Source of the DNA: Mobula hypostoma
Taxonomy: Eukaryota
Direction: 5' to 3'
Length of the DNA stretch: 64,000 bases
Assembly: GCF_963921235.1 (NCBI RefSeq)
Contig: NC_086118.1
Span: 19,656,001 to 19,720,000, forward strand
Shown here: in pieces, positions 26,440 through 38,639 of the stretch
Position numbering within the stretch: position 1 is the first letter of the stretch
How the letters are laid out: each line of letters opens with the position of its first letter
Notes under the pieces: model-generated
Told to the model about the DNA's origin: nothing
What the model saw: only the letters and a program-made list of their open reading frames with translations
Database searches by the model: none
Position numbers and translations under genes: made by a program

Positions 26440-27008
26440 TGTTGTGGGGTGGATGAAATCACCAGAGAGACAGAGTTGCTGGTATATACATAGCAGCTTC
26501 TTTATTCGACATAACAAGGTACTGCAGGCATCATACGGACAGAGACGCTTTCGGCAGAAAAGTCTGCTTGCCCAATGTGGGCTCGATATTTATATGCTAA
26601 ACACAAAAGGCAATCGCTATTTACAAAGTTATAAACAATTCTTCCTTCTGAAGCTACATACAAAACATCACACCTTCTGACTTCATCCTTTCCTCCTGAC
26701 ACCAACATGTCATGGGTTGGCACTCACGGCCTTTAGGAGTGCAAGTCAAATCCACAATTCATTTATTTGGTATTTTACGTGCTAACATAGAGGACAATGA
26801 ATATTATAAATTATAGCTAATGCTGTCTTCGAAACTACCTGTAAACTTCACACTTCCATCTGCAGCGTCTGGCTAGTATCCTGATATTCACAGGTTTTAG
26901 GAAGTGCATTGTTGTGAACTCAATCCACAGTACTTTGTCAAACAGAAGGCTGGTGGCCAGAGTTATTTAAGTGTAAATTAATCATCTACCCAAAAACTCA
27001 CTCTAACA
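26440..27008. mobile_element. solo LTR, copy 1
   Basis: TGTTGT...CTAACA termini; colinear and homologous with 36973-37536. Confidence 0.75.
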
Positions 27009-28169
27009 CCATTTGTTTAATTGGAAGGTCCTGACTCTTAAAGTAGTCTTCAAGGCTAAAATGGTGTTTTGTCTGTGTCTTGTTCCATGCCGACATGTAA
27101 TGTTTCATTTTCTGAGAATCTGCACAAGGGATTGAATGTGGTGCAATAAAATATCCTCACTTTGACCTGCCTGCTGGCAAGGTTATTGATGAAAAGGTTG
27201 TAAATTGTTGGGACTTAGATCCTAAGTACTGCCTACAATGATATGCTGAAGCTCACATGATAGACCAGCAATCATTATTTTTTCCTCTGTACAACACATG
27301 ATTCCTGCCAATACTGAGGATTTTTCAGATCAACTTTTACCAGATTTATTTATGCCACATTCAGTCAATTGCTGCCTTGATATTTGAGCAATCACCCTCA
27401 CTTCTCCTCTGAATTTCAGTCGCTCGGTCCTTGTCTGGACAGAAGCTTGGCACTTGGTGCCGAGTGATCCCGGTGGTGCCAAATGTTTCCTACCCAATAC
27501 CCCAGCTTGTAGAGAAAGACATGATGTTACTGCACCTGCTGTTACCTGAAAAGGTTTTACCCAACTATTTGGTGAGTTTTCTTCTTCAATATCTACCATC
27601 TCTTTTCTGTGTTTTTATGCCAATTAAATTGTGTGAAATGAATACAATATGCAAGTTGAGCAAATCCTCTCGGAGTTTGCATGATTCCCAGTAATTTTCC
27701 GTACTGAACATTTAATTATCAAAATTATATTAATAATGGGTCATTGTGTATTGCATTTGTTTATTCCCGGAAGGGATTTAAACAGCCAGGTCTATAGTTT
27801 GTAATTATAAAAATGAAATAATAAAACTACTCGAACTTAAAGCAGAATTTACAGGTAGTCTAGCATTCTTAATCAGTGCAAATTAAGTCAAACTGCAGAT
27901 GGTTTTGACATCTAACCATTCCTTTTTAGAAGTAATTGGCATTCATTAACACAAGTTACCCCATGGCTTCAAAATAAAATAATGTTCAATCATCTACCCA
28001 CCTATTGACAGAAATTTAGATTAAATATAACATGAAAGATTCCAACCTGGAAATTAAAAAGGGATTAAAAAAAACTTAAGTATCACTTTGATAAAAAATA
28101 TACATTATTTAATGAAGTGCTTGTATTGCTTGTACTGTTCACAATGGTTACCTCCTCTGCACCACATGC

Positions 28170-28385
28170 AGATATGGAGAACACTTCCATTCAGTTCACA
28201 GTGGTGCTCCTGACAATCCAGTTGATTGTTACTTTATCTTCCGTCCCACTCTCACTTGTCTCTCTTTGACCTATGCTTATCTAAGGACCCCAATGTAAAT
28301 ACAGAGAACAGCACCTCATCTTCCTTCAGGGAATGATGCAGTCCTTGGGACTCAATACTAAATTCACCACTCTCAGATGACTAGC
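28170..28385 (+). mobile_element. very old Penelope-like GIY-YIG remnant
   Basis: EQHLIFLQGMMQSLGLNTKF resembles EQHLIFxLGSLQPxGMN. Confidence 0.5.
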
Positions 28386-28389
28386 ATTC

Positions 28390-29605
28390 CTACCCTGGGG
28401 CTGGACAAGATATCGCCCAGGTTACTACAGGAAGTGGGGGAAGAGGTTGCTGTGCCATTGGGAATGAGCTTTGTCTCCTCATTAGCCATAGGAGTAGTAT
28501 TGGAAGTATTGGAAGATTATTTCTTTGTCTGAGAAAGATAATAAGGATGATCTTGGGAATTATAGACCAGAGAGTCTTACATAAGTGATATGCGAACTAT
28601 TGCAGAGGATTTCTAGAGACAAGACTTATGAGCATTTGGAAAAGCATAGATTAGGAATAGTCAGCATGGCTTTGTCAGGAGCAGCTCATGTCTCACAAGC
28701 CTTATTGACTTTTTTGAGGAAACGACAAAACAAATTAATGAAGGTGGAGTGATGAATGTGATGTTTATGGATTTTAGTAAGGCATCTGACAAGATCCTCA
28801 TGATAGTCTCATTCAGAAAGTCAAAGGGCATAGGGTCCAGGAAATTATATAGATTCAGAACTGGCTTACCCTCAGAAGACAGAGGGCAGTAGTACATGGA
28901 ATATGTTTTACCTGGATGTCTATATCTAGTGGTGTTCTGCAGGTATCTGTGCTGGGACCCCTGTTCTTTGTCAGTTTTATAAGTGACTTGGTTAAGAAAG
29001 TAGAAGAGTGGGTTAATAAGTTTGCAGATAACCATGGAGATTGGTGGTATTGTGGACAGTGTAGAAGGCTGTCATAGGTTACAATGGGACATTGACAAGA
29101 TGCAGAGCTAGCAGAGAAATAGCAGATGGATTTCAATCCAGAAAAGTATGAAGGTCAAATTTGATGCCAGAGTACAAATTTAATGGCACAGTTCTTATCA
29201 GTGTGGAGGAACAGAGGGTTCTTGAAGGTACAAGTCCATAGATACCCCAAAGTTGTCATGCAAGTTGATAAGGTGGTTAAGAAGGCATATGGTGGCATTT
29301 CTTAGTCAGGGGATTGAGTTTGGAGCCGCGAGATAATGTTGCATCTCTGGTTAAACCATACTTGGTGTATTGTGTTCAGTTCTGGTTGCCTCATTATAGG
29401 AAAGATGTGAAATATTTAGACAGAGAGAAAGTGCAGAGGAAATTTACCAGGACACTGCTTAGATTAGAGAACATGCCTTAGGAGGAAAGGTCGAGCAAAC
29501 TAGGGCTTTGGAGCAAACGAGGATGAGACATGATTGATAGAGGTGTATTAGGTGAAAAGACGCATGAATAGAGTGGACAGCCAACGTCTTTTTCCCAGGA
29601 GTATA
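28390..29605 (+). mobile_element. degenerate CR1 ORF2 (RT) fragment
   Basis: GNYRP, SQHGFVRSSSCLTSLIDFFEE, MDFSKA, KFAD and YCVQFWLPHYRKD motifs. Confidence 0.85.
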
Positions 29606-29662
29606 TGCGTATAAGATGTTTCTTGTTGCCAGAAAGAGTGTAACTGAAGGGCATCAATGTAA

Positions 29663-30041
29663 CCTCCAAGACGACCACAACCTTCTCATGGTTTGAGGGC
29701 TGCCTGCCTCAATGTCCCAGAGAACTATGTTGGCTGGAGTCAGAGCTTTATGCTTTGGCTCTTGGTAGGGCACACATGCCAAACAGCTCAAAGGGTAAAG
29801 GCCAGTCCTCCCACTTCGGGGGTTCAACTCAGGGCTAACAACCTTGACTGGTAAAGCAAAACTATTATGGAAAAGGCAACGAAAGCTCCTTCTATATCTG
29901 AGTGTGATGGTATTTCTGAGTCTCCGCTGGGACTTGCATGACTGACAGTAGTGAAAACCGAGCTTCTGATATGATGAACACTGCCAGAGATAGAGGACCT
30001 TCATTGCTGCCCTAAATGCCAGTGGTGTAATAGGCAGTAGG
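29663..30041 (+). mobile_element. RTE-derived bipartite non-autonomous element
   Basis: 10-bp TSD ATCAATGTAA (29653-29662, 30042-30051). An RTE-like 5' part (GGGCTAACAACC) is joined to an RTE-like 3' end (GCCAGAGATAGA..TTGCTGCCCTAAATGCC). Confidence 0.65.
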
Positions 30042-31537
30042 ATCAATGTAAGAAAATTGCAAGAACTTTCAATTGAGGGAAGCTTTACTCAGTTATTTCA
30101 ACACACTATGCAAATAGGACTTTGGCAAGCTTTGTTGGGCCAAATGGCGTGTTCTTGTCAAAATGTTCTAATCTTTTAATGTCTTAAAGGTATAGTGGAG
30201 TCAAGTAGTACCGGTGCATTAAGGAGAAGGTAGGTGGTTGAGTTAATTAGCTACAATAAATAACTTCTGGTGTGTTACTGAGTAGAATCTGACGAGAGGT
30301 TAGTGGACTGTGGTGAGAATGAAATTGAGTTGAGTAATGTTGGCGTCAGTGGGTGTTTGATGATGACTTCACGGCTGTAACTAAGCAAGTGATGAACAAA
30401 CAGAGAGACAGCTCCCTTCTAATCGAACAAAGACAAGAGAAGGTTCAAGTGGAATACCAGCAAGGTGCTCCAGTTTCCTCCCACATTCCAAGGTTGATAG
30501 GAATTTAAAGAAAATGGATTATGGAGAAAATTAGAGGGGAATATAATTACTGCGAGAGCCAGTATTAACTTAATGGGGCAATGAGACCCCGTCTATGTCA
30601 TATGAAGATATAAAGGTATGGCACAGCCTGTTTAATTGAATAGCTGGTTTATGTGCTTTATATCCTAAATACTCAACACTATTATCAAAACTGCAGTGTC
30701 AGTGGAAATACCAGAGAGCCTTTGAAATGCAATAAAAGAGCTAAAGCAGCATGATACATCAAAGTCTCTCTCAATTTCACCTGTTGGGCTTAATTTCCTA
30801 TTTTGCAGTCCAAACAAGTTTGATGTGTTCTTTTCCTCTCACTATATAATCCCATGCCATTGATTTCCTTGCATTAAGTTAGTCAGATAGTAGGAGATCT
30901 TCTTTGCTTCCCTGCTGAAGCTGTAATTCTTCATGGTGTAACCAACTGAATTCTGAATGTCTTTTCATACAAAGTTGGATGCTTGTGAAAAACAAGAAAT
31001 CAGCTGAAAATGCATCACAGCCGGCAGAAATTTTGTAGTTTGTCCCAGTCGATGACAAACATTAATGGATAAAAATACATCAAAGGATTTAGATTTCATC
31101 ACTTTCTCCATCTTGTGTGTATATTAAATACATTTAACTTTAACAATTCAGTGCTCCTGTTTTTCCTAATGGCCAGAGTGCAGCTACAATGAAGAACTAC
31201 TTCAACACAGTGTGAAAACAAAATTTATGTTAAATGTGAGAATTTAGTGAAAAGGATAAAGATGTTTCTTAATGTTTAATATAAATGGAAACAAATTAAG
31301 ATTAAAATAACAATATTTCAATAAAACAATAAGATAACAGCTAAAGTAAATTATTTATAGGAAGAAATATAAAACTAAAATTAATTTCAATAAAATTATA
31401 ACTGAGGCAAATAAAAATCCAAATGGCCTGTTGATTAAAAAACATTTCACAACTGCAGCTAATAAAAGAATTTTGATCTTCATTCAGGGAAGCATTAATA
31501 ATATATCTATTTAATAAGGGACGAGGGGAAGGATAAC

Positions 31538-32620
31538 AAACACAGAAAGTCTGCAGATTCTGGAAATCAAAAGCCGCTCACACAGAACAGCAGGTCAGGC
31601 AACATCTATGGAAAAGAGTAAACAGTCGACGTTTCGGGCTGTGATCCTTCTTCAGAACTGAGAAGGAAGGGGGAAGATGCCGGAATAAAAAAGTGGGTGG
31701 AGGGGAAGGAGAGTAGCTGGAAGGTGAAAGGTGAAGCGATGTAAGTGGGAAAGGTCAAGGGCTAAAGAAGACAGAACTTGATAGGAGAAGAGAGTGGACC
31801 GTAGGAGAAAGGGAAGGAAGAGGGAACTCGGGGGAAGTAATAGGCAGGTGGGAAGTGAAAGGTCAGAGTGGGGAATGGGGGGAGGCAGAGTTTGTTCACA
31901 AGAAGGAGAAATTGATATTCATGCTATCAGCTTGGAGTCTACCCAGACAGAAGGTAAGGTATTGCCTTTCCATCCTGAGAGTGGCCTCATTTTGGCTAGA
32001 GGAGGCCATGGACCGACAAGTCAGAATGGGAATGGAAATAGGAATGAAACCGTTTGGCCACCGGGAAGTCCCACTTGAGGTGGATGGTGCAGAGGTGCTT
32101 AACGAAGCAGTCCCCCAATTTACGACGGGCCTCACCAAAGTAGAGAAGGCCGCACCGGGAGCACCAGACACAATAGACGACCCCACCAGATTCGCAGGTG
32201 AAGTGTTGCCTCACCTGGAAGAACTGTTTGGATCCCTGAATTGAAGTGAGGGAGGAGGTATATGAGCAGATGCAGCACTTAGTCTGCTTGAAGGGATTAA
32301 TGCCTGGAGGGAGATTAGTGGGAAGGGACGACCAGACAAGGGAATCGCGGAGAGAGTGATCTCTGTGGAAAGTGGGGTGGGGGGGGAGGTTCTGGAAGGT
32401 AAAGATATATTTAGTATGTTTAGTGGTACGATCCCTTTGAAGATGCTGGAAGTTGCGGAGAATAGTGTGTTGGATGCGGAGGCTGATGGGGTGTTATGTA
32501 AGGACTCAATTACTAGTATGGCGATGGGAAGATGGGTTGAGCATGGATGTACGGGAAATGGAGGAGATCCAGTTGAGGGCAGCATCAATAGTAGAGAAGG
32601 GCAAGATTCTTTAGAAAATT
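31538..32620 (-). mobile_element. longer Penelope-like 3' fragment (post-RT linker, GIY-YIG, hammerhead at 31624-31659)
   Basis: RQHFTCESGGVVYCVWCSRCGLLYFGEARRKLGDCF motif. The reverse complement of the tail reads AGTT-CTGAAGA-AGGATCACAGCCC-GAAACGTC-GACT. Confidence 0.88.
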
Positions 32621-32631
32621 GAGAGCTAATG

Positions 32632-33273
32632 GATTATGAGAACACTCAGTCCTCTTTTATTGTCATTTAGAAATGCATACATACATTAAGAAATGATACA
32701 ATGTTTCTCCGGAGTGATATCACAGAAAACAAGACAAACCAAAGACTAACACTGACAGAACCACATAATTATAACATACAGTTACAGCAGTGCAAAACAA
32801 TACCATAATTTGATGAAGAACAAACCATGGGCACGGTAAAAAAAGTCTCAAAGTCCCCAAGTCGATTGAATCCCGAGTCCTCGATAGCAGGCGGCAAAAG
32901 GAAGAAACTCCCTGCCATAAACCTCCACGCACCACCAACTTGCCAGTGCCTTGGAAGCAGCCGACCACAGCCGACACTGAGTCCATCTGTCTGAAAACTT
33001 CGAGCCTCCGATACAGCCTCCCGAGTGCCATCCTCTGCCAAATGCCTTTTACCAAGCCCCGGCCACTGAAACACGCAAAGCCGAGGATTCGGGGCCTTCT
33101 GCTCCGGAGATTCCGGTTACCACACAGTAGCAGCGGCAGCGAAGCGGGCAATTCAGAAGTTTTCCAGATGTTCCTCCGTACTCTCATGTCCGTCTCCATC
33201 AAATCAGAATTGTGCACAGTCCCCTACTTGACAGATTACAGATATCATTCACCGGAGAGGCCACGCGCGCTGC
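32632..33273 (-). mobile_element. unclassified non-autonomous retroposon, second copy
   Basis: Shares its tail and internal blocks with 23480-24002 and extends further 5'. Confidence 0.7.
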
Positions 33274-34077
33274 ACCAAATAGAAATTTCTGGACACCTCA
33301 TGTGTCTGGGGGACTACCTGATTCAGAAAGGTTGCCAGATGACTGTGCTCAAGCTTAACAGAATCTTTGTAGAACATGAGGGAAGTTAGATTTTCCTAGA
33401 TTGTGCTTCCCACAGTTAGCCACTCGTAGCCAGAATGAGTTCAGGATAATGAGGTGGTGACCGTCATATTGGAAGAGCAAAAGGGATAAAATGCAGCTAT
33501 CGACCATAATTCTATTGTTAAAGGGGCAAGCAATTAATTCTGTGACTATCAACAAGTTGTGTGCCTTTCTAAAGCAAATGGAAAAATATTTGTCATTGAA
33601 AATTTGTGAAATGGAGGCCAGATTAAACTCAAAAAAAAGGTAAATAGTTCCAATATAGGTAGTTTACACAAAAGTAGAAGATATAGAAATAAATACGCAG
33701 GAAAAGAATGTTGAAAATGTAAAAATAGAAATGGATAGAGACTTGATGTCACCCATTGAGAGAGATGAATGGCAATAATTCCTTTCTACTTGGTAGATGC
33801 TCATATTTCTAATTAATACAGAAAAATCATATCCAATATTTACAACTTCTACACCTACACATAATTAATATTGCTAAAATTACCTCCATCAGTGTTGAGA
33901 TCAAAAATGCTGGTATGTAAAACAAGTTCAATTAAAGTGCAGCATGTGGGAGATGGGTGGAGAAATTAAAAGGTTAAACTATAATTGTATTCAGGTTTTC
34001 ATTCACTGTATAAAACAGCAGTGCACATTGGTGATGACTTTAGATACAAAGAAATAACTCTTTAATTCTTCCTTTTT

Positions 34078-34800
34078 AAGTTCCTCGGGGTCAATATCAC
34101 AAATGACCTGACTTGGTCAAACCAAGCAGAGTCCACTGCCAAGAAGGCCCACCAGAGCCTTTACTTCCTGAGAAAACTAAAGAAATTTGGACTGTCCCTA
34201 AAACCCTCACTAATTTTTATAGATGCACCGTAGAAAACATTCTTCTAGGGTGCATCACAACCTGGTATGGAAGTTGTCCTGTCCAAGACCGAAAGAAGCT
34301 GCAGAAGATCGTGAACATGGTGCAGCACATCACACAAACCAATCTTCCGTCCATGGACTCACTTTACACCGCATGCTGTCAGAGCAGTGCTACCAGGATA
34401 ATCAAGGACACGACCCACCCAGCCAACACACTTTTTGTCCCTCTTCCCTCTGGGAGAAGGCTCGGGAGCTTGAAGACTCGTACGGCCAGATTTGGGAACA
34501 GCTTCTTTCCAGCTGTGATAAGATGCTGAACAGATCCTGACCCGGATCTGGGCCGTACCCTCCAATTATCCGGACCTGCCTCTCGGTTTTTTTTTGCACT
34601 ACCTTACTTTCCATTTTTCTATTTTCTATTTATGATTTATAATTTAAAATTTTAATATTTACAAATTTTTACTATTTTAAAATTATTTTTAATATTTAAT
34701 ATTTGTAATCCGGGGAGTGGGAAGTGTAGAATCAAATATCGTTGTGATGATTGTACGTTCTAGTATCAATTGTTTGGCAACAATAAAGTATAAAGTATAA
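34078..34800 (+). mobile_element. Rex1/Babar LINE 3' fragment (young)
   Basis: KFLGVNIT..LTW, TNFYRCTVENILLGCITTWYG and LPSGRR..NSFFPAVIR motifs with a CAATAAAGTATAAAGTATAA tail. Confidence 0.9.
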
Positions 34801-34828
34801 TTTTATTACTAGCTGTATACAGTAATGA

Positions 34829-34949
34829 TAACGTCAGGCAGTATCTATGGAAGTGAATAAAAAGTTATTACTTTGGGCTGAGAACCTTCATGCAGGGTCT
34901 TAGCCTGTAATATTGACTGTTTATTCTCCTCCATAGATGCTGCCTGGTC
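34829..34949. mobile_element. decayed fold-back Penelope ribozyme-tail insertion with 11-bp TSD
   Basis: Inverted arms CAGGCAGTATCTATGGA.../...TCCATAGATGCTGCCTG flanked by TACAGTAATGA at 34818-34828 and 34950-34960. Confidence 0.7.
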
Positions 34950-35455
34950 TACAGTAATGAAATTGGAAATGCATTAAACATGTTTTTTATTAATGTGGAC
35001 GTAGATAAAATAATTTCCTTTTAATAAGTTTCATCCCAGTACAGAAAAGAAGAGATGAAGACTAACTTTATTATGAACAGTTATTGAGAAAGACAAGTCA
35101 TATGAGTTATGGCAGTCCCTGAGTGCTAAGGTATTTCATGACACCGATATTATGGTTGATATTGCATTAGATTTGACATGATTCAAGAGGAGTTATGATG
35201 CTAGTTTCATACAGTATCATAGCATAAAACCTAAGAAACAAAATTAGAACTCGGACATACATCTCATCAAACCTGCTTTGCCATTTATCGTCCAAAGCTT
35301 CAAGGCAATGAGAAAGAGAAGCAGGAACAGTGTACTCAACACAGATAATTCCTTCATCACTCAGTGAGATCATGACTATTCTTCGGTGATACTTGCACTA
35401 AACTTGTATCCCCCAATTCCTTTAATATCCAAAAATCTATCAATTCATCTTTAAT

Positions 35456-35625
35456 TATAGAAACATAGAAACATAGAAAATAGGTGCAGGAGTAGGCCAT
35501 TCGGCCCTTCGAGCCTGCACCGCCATTTATTATGATCATGGCTGATCATCCAACTCAGAACCCAGCCTTCCCTCCATACCCCCTGACCCCTGTAGCCACA
35601 AGGGCCATATCTAACTTCCTTTTAA
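35456..35625 (-). mobile_element. CR1 3' tail
   Basis: (ATAGAAAC)n followed by GGTGCAGGAGTAGGCCATTCGGCCC, inserted into an older CR1 tail. Confidence 0.8.
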
Positions 35626-36877
35626 AATTATATTCTATGACAGATTCAACACAACAAACCTCCATTCGGTGGAGAACTTTATTTTCTTCCCATTAGCCAA
35701 TCCCTTAGTTTGAAACTGAGAGGCCTGCCGCTGGACGCCTCATCCAGGGAACGGCATTCCCACAACTGCCAGTCAAGCCCCTTAGAATTTTGTTCTTTTT
35801 CCCACCCAATCCTCCATATCTTTACCTTACCCTTGAGATTTAAAAAAAACCCTCAAATTTCAGCCTTGAGACTGAGTATCCACTAAAATAAAGATTCCAA
35901 AGATTTACATCACTTTGCATAAAAACAAAATCATCTCACTGCTTTCCTAAATAGTCAGCCTTTTCTGCTGAGTCTTCATCCTGGTTCTAGACCCTCTTGC
36001 CTCTTGATGCCTTGAAGAAGAGCAACCTGGTCATGCTTAACATCTGTCTGCTCATGCAGGAGAGCTTCCTGATCACATGGTGTATCCTTTCACTCCTGGG
36101 GTGTGACAGCAACTCATGAGCTGTAACTCTGTGTACAATGAGAGCAGCAGACTGTCACAATCTGCATTGCTCTGTTCACTGGTGACATCAGGATACCACA
36201 GTGACACATCTCTGCTCTTTTAGAACTTCAATCTATTCCCATGAATAGAAACCATTCACCTGAATCAGAATTGTTTCCAAGAAGCAGAAAGACTTTGTGT
36301 GGCTTCAGTCTACGATTCCCCAGCAGACGTTACCTGAGCTAGTAAGGGCTGCATGATTAGAATGTCTCGGTCCCCTGCCGAGGAGTGCTCCCCATATCCT
36401 GATTAGAAGCTATGGTCCATTAGCCACTAAAACTTGGAGAGAGGCTACTTCATATTTCTTGTCATCCCTTGCATTTGGCCGGGTAAGCCTGACAACATGC
36501 CATTCACATCAGCCATAACCCTCTTCTGATTTGGATGGGGTTATAGGTGGATCTACCCTATGGCAAGTCTTACCCAGCTCCATTCAGGTTTGCTAGACAA
36601 TCGCCAGCTACTATCTAGGATATCTTCCTGGGACATGTCTCATCCAACCATGCCTCAGAGTGCCTGTTCCTGAAGAGGTGCTCTAAGATATCAGGTACAA
36701 TGGTGCAGTGCAGTTTACATCGTCATCCCACACTTCCACTCTTCTTTCCAGTCCTCCCTCCGTTCATCTGAGAGAGAATTAGAGGGCCTCTCCTCAGTCC
36801 GTGAAGAGACAAAGGCTGAGATAGTTGCACCTATGGGCTGTCCCAAATCACCTTTATGGTGACAAGTTGAAAGGAAG

Positions 36878-37640
36878 TAACACACACAAACTGCTGGAGG
36901 AACACAGGAGGTCAGGTAGCATCTATGAAAATGAATAAACAATCGACATTTTGGGCCGAGACCCTTCATCAGTGTTGTAGCATGGATGAAATTACCGGAA
37001 AGACAGTCACTGGTAGATACAAAGCAGCTTCGTTATTCGACACAACAAAGTACAGTACAGTAGTCATCTTACGGAAGGTGACGCTTTCCGCAGAAAGGTC
37101 TGCTAGCTAAATGTGGGCTCGAAATTTATATGCTAAACACAAAGGCAATCGCTACTTAAAAAGTTACAGACAATGCATAGGCAATGCTTCCTTTTGAAGT
37201 TACATACAAACATCACACCTTCGGATTTCATCCTTTCCTTCTGACGCCAACATGTCTGGGTTGGTATCCACAGCCTTTAGTTCAATCCACAATACATTTA
37301 TTTGGCATTTTACGTGCTAACATAGAAGACAATTAATATTTATAATGTATAGATAATACTGTCTTTGAAACAACAGCATCAGGCACCAGAAGCATCAGGT
37401 ATTTACACCTTTTAGGAAGCCCATTGTGGTGGACTCAATCCACAGTCCTTTGTCAAACAGTTAAAATAGAAGTCTGGTGGCCAAAGTCATTTAAGTGTAA
37501 ACAAATCATCTACCCAAAAACAAATCCACTCTAACAATCAGGAATGGAAAAAAGAGAGATGTCAAACTAAGAAGGTGGGGAGATGGGGAGAGGTGGGGGG
37601 GGGGAATATGTATTTGATTTTCAGCATCTGCAGATTTTAT
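36878..37640 (-). mobile_element. Penelope-like tail split by a solo LTR
   Basis: The ribozyme tail at 36878-36972 resumes at 37537 (ATCAGGAATGG...). Confidence 0.65.
36973..37536. mobile_element. solo LTR, copy 2, with 5-bp TSD
   Basis: TGTTGTAG...CTCTAACA flanked by ATCAG at 36968-36972 and 37537-37541. Confidence 0.85.
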
Positions 37641-37859
37641 TTTGTATGTGCATTGATGGGAAGTAACTGTTCTTGAACATAGTGGCCTGGGCCTTGATTG
37701 GTCTTCTACGTTCCCTCTGGCCACAAGGAACAGGCCGGCTTCCTCCAGCCCTCTGAGTTAGTGAACTCATGGACACAATTATCAGTCAAATATCAATGAT
37801 AAGTCAAACAGAGTGTGAATTGATCATGCAACACACCAATACACACACACACACACACT

Positions 37860-38570
37860 GAAGCAAATGGCCAGAATCCTCTCCAATTTACATCTAAAGA
37901 AATTGAAGGAATCCTTTGTGACATAGCAAATTTCAGGCTCCTAACAAAATGGTTCCACTTGCATGCCTTCTTCGTGATTACATCAATGGGCTGGACCAGG
38001 GACAGGTCCTCCAAGCTGTTGACACCTAGGAACTTGAAACTGCACATTCTTTCCACTGCTGACTCTTCAATGAGGAATGGAAGTCTCCGGACTTCCCCTC
38101 TTTGAAGTCCACAATCGATTCCTCGGACTTGCTGATACTGAGTGCAAGGTTGTTTTTGTGAAACGACTATAGCAACTGATCTACGTATTTCACTCCCGTA
38201 CACCTCCTCCTTACCATCAGCGATTTTACCAAAAATAGTAGTGTCATCTGCAAATTTAAGAATGGTGTTTGAACTGTGCTTAGACACACAATCATGAGTG
38301 TAGAGAGAGTGGACCAGTGGGCTAAACACATGCTTGAAGTGTGCCTGTATTATTAGAGTGAAGGAGGTGTTATAACCCATCAGTACTGACTGTGGTCTCC
38401 AAACAAAGAAGTCAAGGATCCTCTTGCAGAGGGAGGTACAGAGGCCCAGGTTTAGAAGCTTGGTGGTTAATACTGAGGGGGCGATGGTATTGAACACTGA
38501 GTTTTAAGTGACAAACGGCAGCCTTGCATATGTTTTGCTGTTGTTTACTGCATGTTTCTCTTGTCTGAGT
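37860..38570 (-). mobile_element. Rex1/Babar RT fragment
   Basis: FNTIAPSVL..KL..LGL..SLC..ILDF..RPQSV, LYTHDCV, LKFADDTTIFG and FKFLGV motifs. Confidence 0.85.
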
Positions 38571-38639
38571 GTGATATCCTTCCTTGATTGCCACACTACA
38601 AAGTGTTGCCACCTGTGTTCATTTGATGCTGGCCCCATT

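Noticed and set aside
27420..27577. host exon ending at a strong donor TTG/GTGAGT
   Set aside because: The upstream part looks like decayed LINE sequence, the peptide is unrecognisable, and there are no partner exons.
35167..35373. minus-strand exon-like ORF (GIICVEYTVPASLSHCLEALDDKWQSRFDE) with a GTATGT donor
   Set aside because: It overlaps a degenerate CR1 tail and has no recognisable homology or good acceptor.
26440..37536. single provirus bounded by two LTRs
   Set aside because: Copy 2 has its own TSD, the outer flanks do not match, and the interior holds unrelated repeats.
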